Assembly: GCA_046759445.1 (NCBI GenBank)
Contig: JBHICG010000071.1
Location: forward strand, 1 to 16,841
Length of the DNA: 16,841 bases
Source of the DNA: Candidatus Scalinduaceae bacterium
GTDB taxonomy: Bacteria; Planctomycetota; Brocadiia; Brocadiales; Scalinduaceae
Direction of reading: 5' to 3'
In this document: positions 7,669 through 16,841 of the stretch, in pieces
Position numbering within the stretch: the stretch's first letter is position 1
How the letters are laid out: every line of letters begins with the position of its first letter
Notes under the pieces: generated by a model
The model's input: the letters and a program-made list of their open reading frames with translations, nothing else
Databases searched by the model: none
What the model was told of the DNA's origin: nothing
Program-made: the position numbers and the translations under genes

Positions 7669-9738
7669 ATGAATAAAAACTTTAGAAGTGTATGTCCTCA
7701 CGATTGTCCGGATACATGTGGGATAATTGCTCACGTAAATGATGGAAAATTAGTAAAAGTCAGAGGAGACACTAACCATTTTGTTACTAGAGGATTCTTA
7801 TGTCAAAAAGTAATGAACTATCCTGAAAGGGTCTATGGTCCTGACAGAATCCTTTACCCTCTCAAAAGAGTTGGTAAAAAGGGAGAAGGAGGATTTACGA
7901 GAATATCATGGGATGAGGCAATAGAAACTATAGCAACAAGGTTTAAGGATATAATATCTAAATATTGTAGAGAATCAATCTTACCATTTAATGGTTCAGG
8001 AACGTTGGGATTGGTAAACGGGAGTATAGCAGGAAAGCGTTTTTTTAATCGCCTGGGCTCATCCCGTCTTGAGCGTACTATATGCTCTAAGGGGGGGAGA
8101 GTTGGTTTCAAATATACTCTTGGCGCTGCCTTTGGCGCTGATCCATTAGCTATACCTCATTCACATCTGATAATATCATGGGGCACAAATCCATATTATA
8201 CTAATATTCATCAGATACCTTTGATAAAAGAGGCAAAGAAAAATGGCGCTTATTACGTCGTTGTGAATCCAAACAAAGTGAAGTCTGCTGAAATGGCCGA
8301 TCTCTTTATTCAACCAATGCCAGGGAGTGATGGCGCACTTGCCTTAGGTATGATGAACGTTATTATTAACAACTCATTATATGATAAAGGGTTTGTTAAG
8401 GATTATACAAAAGGATTTGAAGCGTTAACAAAGCGAGTACGGGAATACCCGCTGGATAAAGTAGAAGAAATAACAGGAATATCCGAAAATATTGTTGAAA
8501 GATTTGCAAAGATATATGCGAGCAGTAAACGTTCCTTCATTTATGCCGGTTCAGGAATGCAGCACCATACTAACGGAGGTATGATGATACGCACAATATC
8601 CTGTCTTCCTGGTCTGGTTGGGGCATGGCAACATCCAGGTGGTGGGATTTTTTATCCTACCAGCGAGGCATTCCCCGTTAACTGGGAAATGCTTGAAGGA
8701 AATAATCTATGTCCAAACTCTCCACGAACGATTAATATGAATAAATTAGGGCAGACACTTCTGAATGTAAACCCACGCATTTATGGTTTGTACATTTATA
8801 ATTCTAATCCTGCTGCTGTGCTTTTTAACCAACGAAAGGTTATTGAGGGACTACAAAGGGAAGATTTATTCACTGTAGTACACGAACAACTCCATACAGA
8901 TACTGTGCGTTATGCAGATATTGTCTTACCTGCTACAACCCAATTTGAGCATACGGACCTTCACCACTCATACTTTCACTTGTCACTACAATTGAATGAA
9001 CCAGTGATTGAGCCATTAGGAGAAAGTAAATCTAACCTCGACACCTTTAATACTCTGGCCCGGGCAATGGGGTTTCAAGATGAGTGTTTTAATGAGACGG
9101 CGATTGACATAATCAACAAGGCCTTAAGCATTAATAATCATTATCTAAAAGGGATTACGTTAGAACGTTTGCGAGAAGAAAGTGCGATTCGTTTGAATAT
9201 ATCTGATAAATATCACATGCCATACCAGGGTCTTAATTTTCCTACGCCTTCTGGAAAGATAGAATTCTACTCTGAAAAGATGAAATCGGATGGTTATGAC
9301 CCACTGCCTGTCCATATACCTATTGAAGAATGCCCTTTAACATCTCCAGAACTATATAAGAAATATCCGATTACGTTTCTTACGCCCTCAGCAAATTCAT
9401 TCCTAAACTCTAATTTTGCTAACATTTCTAATTCAAGAAACGAAGAAAAAAGATCTACTCTGGAAATAAATTCAAATGATGCTAAGAAGCGCAATATTAA
9501 AACGGGTGACTTGGTCAGGGTGTTCAACGAGCGTGGTGAATGCACTCTTTGGGCATCTGTTGGAGAGAGCGTAAAAAAAGGTGTGGCCGTCAATAAGGGC
9601 ATCTGGTGGAACCGCTTAAGCCCTGGAGGCTGCAATAGTAATCAGACAACACCAGACAGACTGGCAGATATGGGCGGAGGCTCAACTTACAACACTAATC
9701 TAGTTCAAATAGAAAGGGTTAACAATGATAAATTTTAA
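7669..9738 (+). CDS. Molybdopterin (bis-MGD) oxidoreductase family protein with N-terminal Fe-S motif, cytoplasmic; substrate unknown
   Basis: CPHDCPDTC...[42 protein letters not shown]-terminal dinucleotide-binding domain; no Tat signal. Confidence 0.92.
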   Translation: MNKNFRSVCPHDCPDTCGIIAHVNDGKLVKVRGDTNHFVTRGFLCQKVMNYPERVYGPDRILYPLKRVGKKGEGGFTRISWDEAIETIATRFKDIISKYCRESILPFNGSGTLGLVNGSIAGKRFFNRLGSSRLERTICSKGGRVGFKYTLGAAFGADPLAIPHSHLIISWGTNPYYTNIHQIPLIKEAKKNGAYYVVVNPNKVKSAEMADLFIQPMPGSDGALALGMMNVIINNSLYDKGFVKDYTKGFEALTKRVREYPLDKVEEITGISENIVERFAKIYASSKRSFIYAGSGMQHHTNGGMMIRTISCLPGLVGAWQHPGGGIFYPTSEAFPVNWEMLEGNNLCPNSPRTINMNKLGQTLLNVNPRIYGLYIYNSNPAAVLFNQRKVIEGLQREDLFTVVHEQLHTDTVRYADIVLPATTQFEHTDLHHSYFHLSLQLNEPVIEPLGESKSNLDTFNTLARAMGFQDECFNETAIDIINKALSINNHYLKGITLERLREESAIRLNISDKYHMPYQGLNFPTPSGKIEFYSEKMKSDGYDPLPVHIPIEECPLTSPELYKKYPITFLTPSANSFLNSNFANISNSRNEEKRSTLEINSNDAKKRNIKTGDLVRVFNERGECTLWASVGESVKKGVAVNKGIWWNRLSPGGCNSNQTTPDRLADMGGGSTYNTNLVQIERVNNDKF

Positions 9739-10969
9739 ATTGTTTTCACCTCCAAGAGAAGGTGAAGAAATAACAATTAAGGATAAAAAACTGATAGTAC
9801 CGGATAATCCGATTATACCTTTTATTGTGGGTGATGGGATTGGTCCCGACATAATGAAGGTGACTCAAAACGTGATTAATGGCGCCGTAGAAAAGGCATA
9901 TTCAGGGCGGAAAAAGATTATGTGGTACGAAGTCTTTGCTGGTCAGATTGCACAAGATAAATTTAACGAACTTATACCTGAAGACACCGTCAAAGCAATC
10001 AAACATTATCATGTTGCCTTAAAGGGACCACTGGCAACTCCTGTTGGAATGGGACATAGATCACTAAACGTAACCTTAAGGATAGTCTTAGACCTTTATG
10101 CATGTGTAAGACCTATACGCTACTTCCAGGGAGTTCCAAGTCCTGTCAAACACCCCGAAAGGGTAGACATGGTTATATTCAGGGAAAATACTGAGGATGT
10201 GTATTCTGGAATAGAATGGAAACAGGGAAGTAAAGAAGCAATGGAGGTTATTAGTTATCTCAACTCAAAAATGGGCACAAAGATAAGAAATGATTCGGGT
10301 ATAGGTATCAAAAATATTTCAATTGAAGGGACAAAAAGACTGGTAAGGAAGGCGCTTGATTATGCCATATCTCAGAACAGAAGGAGCGTAACCTTCGTTC
10401 ATAAGGGGAATATAATGAAATTTACCGAAGGTGCTTTTAGAAATTGGGGATACGAGGTTGCCAGAGAAGAATATGGAGAACATACAATAACTGAAGAAGA
10501 GCTTTTTGAAAAATATTCTGGAAATCAACCAGAAGGTAAAATAGTTGTTAAGGATAGGATTGCCGATGCCATGTTGCAATTAGTACTAACCAGGCCAGAA
10601 GAATATGACGTCCTGGCAATGCCTAATCTCAATGGAGATTATTTCTCGGATGCCTGTGTAGCTCAGGTGGGTGGTCTTGGCCTTGCGCCTTCTGCCAACA
10701 TGTCTGAGAGCATTTTCATCTTCGAAGCATCTCATGGTACCGCTCCCAAATATGCAAACCAAAATAAGGTAAACCCGGGGTCATTAATATTGACGGGAGC
10801 TATGATGTTAAACACAATTGGTTTCAAAGAGGCTGAAAACCTGATACTGGAGGGGATTAAAAAAACCATAGCACAAAAAACGGTCACATATGATCTTGAA
10901 AGACAAATGGAAGGGGCAAAAAAGCTCTCTACTTCAGAGTTCGGTGAAAAGATTGTAGAAAATATGTAA
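9725..10969 (+). CDS. icd: Isocitrate dehydrogenase, NADP-dependent dimeric (E. coli-type)
   Basis: [57 protein letters not shown] and VTYDL.R, with the K/Y/Y/R residues typical of NADP specificity. Confidence 0.96.
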   Translation: MINFKLFSPPREGEEITIKDKKLIVPDNPIIPFIVGDGIGPDIMKVTQNVINGAVEKAYSGRKKIMWYEVFAGQIAQDKFNELIPEDTVKAIKHYHVALKGPLATPVGMGHRSLNVTLRIVLDLYACVRPIRYFQGVPSPVKHPERVDMVIFRENTEDVYSGIEWKQGSKEAMEVISYLNSKMGTKIRNDSGIGIKNISIEGTKRLVRKALDYAISQNRRSVTFVHKGNIMKFTEGAFRNWGYEVAREEYGEHTITEEELFEKYSGNQPEGKIVVKDRIADAMLQLVLTRPEEYDVLAMPNLNGDYFSDACVAQVGGLGLAPSANMSESIFIFEASHGTAPKYANQNKVNPGSLILTGAMMLNTIGFKEAENLILEGIKKTIAQKTVTYDLERQMEGAKKLSTSEFGEKIVENM

Positions 10970-11072
10970 CAATGATATTTTAGTTCTAACAATAGGATCG
11001 AAAAAATACTGATTCTTGATAAAGAGTAAACAATTGAGTTGACCAATAAGAATAGTGTCTCAATAATTGCGT

Positions 11073-11918
11073 ATGAACAGCAAATGTGTAATCTGTGGAA
11101 GTCCTGATAAAAAAGTCGTATTCAAAGAGTTTGAGGTGGATATACTCAAATGCATAAATTGTGGGCACGTTTTTTCCTCTTACAAAGCAGAGCAAGATTA
11201 TGATGGATTTTTCGGACAAGAAGTGGAGTCAAACGACCATTTCTGGTGGAACGAAGCACATGAGAAAATGTATGCTGATTTTTGTAATAGATTTATAATT
11301 GGTAAAAGTGGAAGATTATTGGATGTGGGTTGTGGTCTTGGGTATTTTGTGAGAACTATGGTATCATTTCCAACTTGGCAGACCTTTGGATATGAGATTT
11401 CTAAAGCTGCTGTTGAATTTGCTATAAACAGTTTAAAGCTAGACAATATTTCTTGTGGGAAAGTTGAAGCATCTAATTTTCCAGAAAAGTATTTTGATAT
11501 TATTACTCTATGGGATGTTACAGAGCATATACCGCATCCTGATTCATTACTTTCATATTTATCGTCAATTTTGAAAGATAAAGGGTTTCTTTTTATACAT
11601 ACTCCGAACAATAAGATTCAAATTCCTAAAGCTAAGTTAAAAAAGTTATTAAAAGGGATGAAGCGAGGTATTAGTTATCTTGAGGCAAAAGATCACATTA
11701 ATATTTATTCTATGAATACGATTAAGAAAGTGCTTCAACGCAATGGTTTTAACAATGTGAAGTTTTTACATCTTCATCCAATACAGAGTATTTCTGGTAA
11801 TAGAAATCCACTTTTGAAGTTTATTAAAAATTTGTGGTTTTATTGTTCTAAGATAATATTTACAATAACATTTAGATGCATAAATATTAACAACCTATTT
11901 GTGATTGCTAAGAAATAA
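11073..11918 (+). CDS. Class I SAM-dependent methyltransferase with N-terminal CxxC...CxxC, of the type common in surface-glycan loci
   Basis: CVIC...CINC, LLDVGCGLG, FDIITLWDVTEHIPHP, TPN. ATG 11073 preferred over TTG 11067. Confidence 0.88.
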   Translation: MNSKCVICGSPDKKVVFKEFEVDILKCINCGHVFSSYKAEQDYDGFFGQEVESNDHFWWNEAHEKMYADFCNRFIIGKSGRLLDVGCGLGYFVRTMVSFPTWQTFGYEISKAAVEFAINSLKLDNISCGKVEASNFPEKYFDIITLWDVTEHIPHPDSLLSYLSSILKDKGFLFIHTPNNKIQIPKAKLKKLLKGMKRGISYLEAKDHINIYSMNTIKKVLQRNGFNNVKFLHLHPIQSISGNRNPLLKFIKNLWFYCSKIIFTITFRCININNLFVIAKK

Positions 11919-12083
11919 GATTATAAATTGCCTAGCAACTAAGCAAGTTGAGGAACTCGTTATCTAAATTTTCAAATAAATTAATTCATTTAAGTTTAAG
12001 AATAACCTGAATGATTTATCAGGTAAAAATGTCTGTGAAGGCGTGATTGTGTTAGTTGTCAATTGGAGATTTACTGTCTAGCC

Positions 12084-14522
12084 TTATTTAATCTTCCCTT
12101 TTACTTCATTTAGAGAATTTGTAGTTTCTGTGGACAGTGTCTTTGACAAATGCTCCAACATATTCCTTGCATATTCCTTAGGTTTGTCATTTCTGGGTCC
12201 AGTTAATTCCAAGATACGATTATAGGATCTTCGTGCTTCTTCATTTCTACCAAGCTTCGTAAATATGTTTGCCAAGTTTATGTAAGGTTTTGGGTTGGCA
12301 GGTGCAATACGTATTGCCTCTTTTAACTCTTGTATGGACTCTTGCAATTGACCTTTTTCAAAATAAAGCTGCGCAAGTTTATCACGCAACTCAAATTTAA
12401 AGGGGTGTAATGTTATCGCTCGTTTATAATATCTGATTGCATCCTTACTCATATCTTTATCAGATATGTTGTTAAGGACATGGTAGGCCTGTCCAAGGGT
12501 AAATGCCGAACGGTAATCCATGGGAAAAAGCTTCTGCACTTCATTTGCCCCAATAATTGTTTTTGTCAACCACATTACCGCTTGCTCCCTGGAGAAAGAA
12601 ACTGGCGATTCTTCCGCTGTAATATCACTTTTTTTATTCAGGTTGGTGACAGCCATTTTTAGATAAATGCCATTTAGTACATCACGATAATTCGCCTCTA
12701 AAGGATTATGTTTGACTGCCATTTCATAACTTCTGATTGCTTCAATTATTGAATCATTATTTAGTAATTTCAGTCCGTTACTAAAGTAAACGTCTGCTTT
12801 GTAACGAAACAGATTAAGAGTGATAAATAAAATTAATAAGCATATAATTAGTCCATGGATAATGGTATATACCAATCTTTCAAGGGAGTGATTGGAGCTC
12901 CATTTTTTTAAAATCTGTCTATTTGTCTGGGGACGAGGTGGGTTTGTAGGCTCATTCCTGGCCTGATTAGATAGAGGGTTTCTACTATGGCAGGCAATAA
13001 CTGACATTCCTATAAGAAACCAAAACAGTGTGATTATGGGCACATGTCCAAAACTAAACTGGTTTTGAATAAAGTAACCAAGAATGCTAGAGCAAAAACC
13101 TATTATGAGTATTTTTTCAAATCCCTCGGTTTCTCTTAATCCTTTCCATATCATTCTTGAATATGCAAATATGAACCAGGCATATACTCCAAGACCCAGC
13201 AACCCCTTGGAAACTGTCATGTCCAAAAAATCATTGTGAATCCTGTTCTGGTTTTCAAAATATCTATATTCATTCATTTCCTTGTATACCTTGGAAAGAT
13301 ACTGAGGATATATCATGCCTAATGTCTCAGGGCCAATTCCCAGGATGGGGTAATCATAAATAATCTTGAGTCCTGTTATATATTGAAAGACCCTCTGAAA
13401 CATTGTGCCTTCCAATCGGCGTGTAAAACCAACATCACTTTCTTCGAGTTCTGTCTGTGAGAACAAGTATTCCTGCTCTGCTGGATGTTTGTAATGAATA
13501 TTTGTATCCTCACTTGTTTTATTATCTAACAGGGCAGGCTTTAAGTCTTTAATCAATCTTCTTGTTGCTGATGTTTTATCGCTTATGTTGTAGAAAAGAG
13601 AAATACCTACAAGTACAGTTAGTGCGACTATTGTTTTTGTTCTATTTGCTATGAAAGTCTTTCTTCCAATTAAAGAAAAGAAAAATACATTTGAGATAAT
13701 GAGACCCAGAAACGTAGCACGTGTCTTTGTATAGTAAAAGGTAACGGTTAAAAACGCAAGAATTGTAATATAAACACATGTCTTAATTCTGTCTTTACAA
13801 GAAAAGATTTTAATAAGGACAAGCGGGATAACCATAATAAGAAAAGCAGAAAAGAATGCAGGGTGTCCAAATGTAGAACTAACTCTGTGTCCAAGCCCTG
13901 ACCCAAAACTAAAAGTTGTGTTCCATCGATACAGATCCAGTCCAAAATGTTGAAATATGCCGTATATAGAGGCAATACATACAGTTAAGATTATTATGTT
14001 TATGAGTGAATTTAATCTTCTTCTCTCTATAAAATTTACGATAGCATAAAATAAAAAGATATATACGAGGGTAGAAATGAACCCATCGTATCGTTTATAG
14101 GTGCCTACTAAACTTGTATAAGGGCTAAGGGAAAAAAGCGTTGCCAGTCCACTAACCAATAAAAAGGTAATTATTGGCAAATTAAGAGGGTGAGACTGGA
14201 TAAATTGAGAACAGTCATATCCAAAAATACCAGTATATCTATCGTTACACACATCAACTATATCATGCTTTCTATTACCCAATTGCTTATTGTGTTTCCA
14301 ACTGATAGTTATTGTCTTGATAGACCATATAATCAGTATGGCAAAGGCCAATATATAAAGTACCGTAATCTTACTGAGGTCAAACACGCTGTAGAGATGA
14401 ATATCAAAAAAAAGAGGTACTGCGATAATAATGACCAATAAGATGGATATTATTATCTGATCATAGTATGAACTTAATCCCTTTTCTTTTAGGGTGTGTT
14501 TATGGTCTTTGTCTCTGAACAT
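12084..14522 (-). CDS. O-antigen ligase (Wzy_C) family membrane protein with C-terminal TPRs; candidate protein O-oligosaccharyltransferase
   Basis: About 12-13 TM segments; RVSSTFGHP, TKTRA, PILGIGPETL, HNDFL motifs; TPR-like C-terminal helices (AIRYYKRAITLHP, LKEAIRIAP, ARRSYNRILEL). Confidence 0.87.
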   Translation of the reverse strand: MFRDKDHKHTLKEKGLSSYYDQIIISILLVIIIAVPLFFDIHLYSVFDLSKITVLYILAFAILIIWSIKTITISWKHNKQLGNRKHDIVDVCNDRYTGIFGYDCSQFIQSHPLNLPIITFLLVSGLATLFSLSPYTSLVGTYKRYDGFISTLVYIFLFYAIVNFIERRRLNSLINIIILTVCIASIYGIFQHFGLDLYRWNTTFSFGSGLGHRVSSTFGHPAFFSAFLIMVIPLVLIKIFSCKDRIKTCVYITILAFLTVTFYYTKTRATFLGLIISNVFFFSLIGRKTFIANRTKTIVALTVLVGISLFYNISDKTSATRRLIKDLKPALLDNKTSEDTNIHYKHPAEQEYLFSQTELEESDVGFTRRLEGTMFQRVFQYITGLKIIYDYPILGIGPETLGMIYPQYLSKVYKEMNEYRYFENQNRIHNDFLDMTVSKGLLGLGVYAWFIFAYSRMIWKGLRETEGFEKILIIGFCSSILGYFIQNQFSFGHVPIITLFWFLIGMSVIACHSRNPLSNQARNEPTNPPRPQTNRQILKKWSSNHSLERLVYTIIHGLIICLLILFITLNLFRYKADVYFSNGLKLLNNDSIIEAIRSYEMAVKHNPLEANYRDVLNGIYLKMAVTNLNKKSDITAEESPVSFSREQAVMWLTKTIIGANEVQKLFPMDYRSAFTLGQAYHVLNNISDKDMSKDAIRYYKRAITLHPFKFELRDKLAQLYFEKGQLQESIQELKEAIRIAPANPKPYINLANIFTKLGRNEEARRSYNRILELTGPRNDKPKEYARNMLEHLSKTLSTETTNSLNEVKGKIK

Positions 14523-14901
14523 TATTATTTTTTTGAAAATTTATAATGTCATAATAGTTATTAAGTTTCAATATATTTTTCCCAAAATTTTTATATTGAC
14601 AATAGATTAATATGATACTATAAGAGCGATGAACATAGAAAGTACTTTCTTCAAAATTAGGCATCTCCGTAAAAACCATGGAAGGTTCTAAAATGCATAT
14701 CACTGACGCTTACAACACATTGAGTGCTACAAGCAAAATCTAATAAATAGTTGACTAAATAGTATCGAACTATTTTGATAAATGCCTTTACGGTTTTCTA
14801 AACATAACTGTTAAGTTTTACATCAACTGTTTCTTTATCGAATAAAAAATACACATCAAGACAAAGCCACAAAAAAACACTAGAATTTATAATAGCTTTT
14901 A

Positions 14902-14914
14902 TATTAGTAAGTTA
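14902..14914 (+). promoter_or_regulatory. Possible IHF binding site
   Basis: TATTAGTAAGTTA matches WATCARNNNNTTR with one mismatch, about 30 nt upstream of the -24 element. The AT-rich context lowers specificity. Confidence 0.35.
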
Positions 14915-14941
14915 TGAAAAGTTATATTGCAATATCAGACA

Positions 14942-14958
14942 TTGGTACAATGTTTGCG
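14942..14958 (+). promoter_or_regulatory. Sigma54 (-24/-12) promoter upstream of the pilin-like gene
   Basis: TTGGTAC-AATGT-TTGC matches TGGCAC-N5-TTGC with exact GG-N10-GC spacing and points toward the pilin CDS. Confidence 0.7.
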
Positions 14959-15218
14959 AACATTTATGATTTAAGAAGTGTGAAATATATATAAGATTAT
15001 ATATTTCACTTAAATTATTTTTTTTATTAAATTTTTACAAAATATTTACGATAAATAGAATGCTTATTTAATTTATCTAAATGAATAATATGAAAACCTA
15101 AAATGCTCAGAAATTCCTTTATTTTAACATTTAAATATAGAAGGAGGTAGTAAATAGGTACAAGTAGATTATGTTATAATTTATTTTATTACTGAAACTT
15201 AAATTATAGGAGGGATGT

Positions 15219-15896
15219 ATGAATATGATGTATAAGAAGAGAAAATGTTTTAACAAAGGTTTTACGCTTATTGAATTATTGGTTGTTATTGCCATTATCG
15301 GCATACTTGCTGCAATACTGCTTCCCGCATTGGGTAGGGCCAGAGAATCAGCTCGCAGGACACAATGTGCCAGTAATCTGAAGCAGGTTGGATTGGGTTT
15401 AATAATGTATGCAAATGAAAACAATGAGGCGTTTCCTACTGATACAGCGGGTCCTATGACGGCTCTCAAAATGCTTATGCCAGATTATATTTCAGATAGA
15501 AATGTTTTTCAATGTCCAAGTGATACTTTTGCTACCGATTCAGCCGGCATAGATCCAACTACTACTACAGCATTTACGGCAAGACAAAGTAGTTATGGTT
15601 ATGATGCATTACTCCATACACATGTAGATAATCCAGAAGTGGCGCTTGCCGCAGACCGTCCTCCAACTGGAGCTAATGATATACTTGATTCACCGAATCA
15701 TGGTGGCGCTGCTGCTGTTGGTGGTGGAACTCCTGGTGTAGGGCAGAATGTTGTTTATCTTGATGGTCATGTGCAATGGTTCGGGACGCCAACCGCAGCC
15801 TGGCAGGATGCTGCTGGCGATAGAGATGGTATTTTTACAAACGCTTCAGCAGGTACTGGTGGAACTGAAACCCTTATAGCGCATGATGGCGTATAG
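15219..15896 (+). CDS. Prepilin-type N-terminal cleavage/methylation protein, DUF1559 / H-X9-DG-like planctomycete pilin family
   Basis: Basic leader then [43 protein letters not shown]...[18 protein letters not shown]. Confidence 0.93.
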   Translation: MNMMYKKRKCFNKGFTLIELLVVIAIIGILAAILLPALGRARESARRTQCASNLKQVGLGLIMYANENNEAFPTDTAGPMTALKMLMPDYISDRNVFQCPSDTFATDSAGIDPTTTTAFTARQSSYGYDALLHTHVDNPEVALAADRPPTGANDILDSPNHGGAAAVGGGTPGVGQNVVYLDGHVQWFGTPTAAWQDAAGDRDGIFTNASAGTGGTETLIAHDGV

Positions 15897-15915
15897 TCTC
15901 TAAAAATTTAAAACA

Positions 15916-15973
15916 TTTTGGTTCAATCTTGCCTGCCTGCCGTTAAACGGGCAGGCAGATTGAATCAACAAAA
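15916..15973. terminator. Long imperfect hairpin between the convergent pilin and pfk genes (terminator and/or palindromic repeat)
   Basis: GTTCAATCT(T)GCCTGCC...GGCAGGCAGATTGAAT, flanked by TTTTG and CAAAA. Confidence 0.65.
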
Positions 15974-16117
15974 TTTGTAGCCGCATGCCTGTGCCAAAGG
16001 CAGATAGGAAGCAATTCACCACTTATTAATGGGGAGTGTAAATAAAGCGGGAAAGAAGAGAATTTAATCTTTTATTTCCTTTAGCTGGAAGAAGATTTTA
16101 CCAAAGAATTATCCCTA

Positions 16118-16840
16118 TTACCCAAAAAACACCTTAGCAATATCATACCAGTAGTCGTCTACTGTTTTGCTTTGTCCTACTACTTCTTTTAAATCTAAGT
16201 GTAAGATTTCATTTCCCCTCAATACAACTGTCTTTCCAAATTCACCTTTGTGTATTAATTCCGTTGCAGCTATGCCAAATCGAGTGCCTAGTATGCGGTC
16301 AAAGGCTGAAGGTGACCCACCCCTCAGGATATGACCCAATACGGTGCATCGCGTCTCAAAACCTGTTCCTCTTTCAATCATTTTCGCCAGGACAGAACCC
16401 GCACCTCCCAGCATTACGTGTCCGAAGGCATCTGTTTTGGTACTTTGAAGTACAAAACCCTCATCTTTTTCAACTTCGACTGGGATTTTTATTCCTTCTG
16501 ACACAACTACAATGCTGAATCGTTTACCACGCTTGTGACGCTTTTTTATCAACTCACAAACCTCATCGATATCTACAGGCTTTTCTGGGATAAGGATGAT
16601 ATCTGCGCCCCCTGCGATGCCTGCAAACGTAGCAACCCATCCCGCATGTCTTCCCATAACCTCCACTACCATTACTCTATTATGTGATTCGGCGGTCGTG
16701 TGAATCCTATCAATAGCCTCCGTTGCTATATTTACGGCTGTATCAAAGCCAAAGGTATAATCAGTGCCCAAAATATCGTTATCTATTGTTTTAGGAATAC
16801 TAACAACATTGACACCCATCTCAAATAGCTTATGCGCAAC
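16118..16840 (-). CDS. pfkA: 6-phosphofructokinase (PfkA family), 5' part beyond the window edge
   Basis: PKTIDND, FGFDTA, EVMGRHAG, LIPE, VVSEG, LGHILRGGSP..FDR. The frame stays open to the window end (VAHKLFE-M). Confidence 0.95.
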   Translation of the reverse strand, partial: VAHKLFEMGVNVVSIPKTIDNDILGTDYTFGFDTAVNIATEAIDRIHTTAESHNRVMVVEVMGRHAGWVATFAGIAGGADIILIPEKPVDIDEVCELIKKRHKRGKRFSIVVVSEGIKIPVEVEKDEGFVLQSTKTDAFGHVMLGGAGSVLAKMIERGTGFETRCTVLGHILRGGSPSAFDRILGTRFGIAATELIHKGEFGKTVVLRGNEILHLDLKEVVGQSKTVDDYWYDIAKVFFG

Positions 16841-16841
16841 A

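Noticed and set aside
12005..12029. ACCTGA/TCAGGT hairpin as terminator between the convergent genes
   Set aside because: Only a 6-bp stem with an 8-nt loop and no clear U-tract on either strand; possible but unsupported.
14406..14413. A8 tract in the Wzy_C gene (also G7 at 8091-8097) as phase-variation sites
   Set aside because: Short tracts, expected by chance here, and both frames are intact.
15131..15469. 112-aa minus-strand ORF
   Set aside because: Antisense shadow of the conserved pilin N-terminus, with no independent features.
15261..15896. Electrically conductive (e-pilin) interpretation
   Set aside because: About 14 F/Y/W in 211 mature residues, and no aromatic residue for roughly 48 positions after F1, unlike Geobacter-type e-pilins.
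305..16518. Other short (60-137 aa) ORFs in the track that overlap major genes
   Set aside because: Antisense or off-frame to well-supported CDSs, with no recognisable motifs.

Overview
AT-rich bacterial chromosomal window with 14 credible CDSs. The DUF1559/H-X9-DG-type pilin and an anaerobe-like gene set suggest Planctomycetota, possibly anammox Brocadiales; this is inference only. The window opens with a c-di-GMP-I (GEMM) riboswitch whose 3' strand overlaps an intrinsic terminator, ahead of a Cys-rich 3D-domain envelope protein that converges on a CapA-family gene. A long + strand run follows: CstA, a short VIT1/CCC1 protein, a BNR-repeat propeller, a nested palindromic REP-like element, a sterol-desaturase-family enzyme, a rhodanese::ferritin-like fusion, a YbhB/YbcL protein, an orphan molybdopterin oxidoreductase overlapping NADP-type icd, and a SAM methyltransferase. 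The right part holds an O-antigen-ligase/TPR protein divergent from a pilin-like gene that has a sigma54-type promoter, then the 3' part of a phosphofructokinase gene. Best candidates for undescribed systems: (i) riboswitch-gated control of a 3D-domain wall enzyme; (ii) a pilin, putative O-oligosaccharyltransferase and methyltransferase locus; (iii) an iron/sulfur/oxygen cluster of VIT1, desaturase, rhodanese-diiron fusion and Mo enzyme. All family calls come from motif recognition, not database searches.
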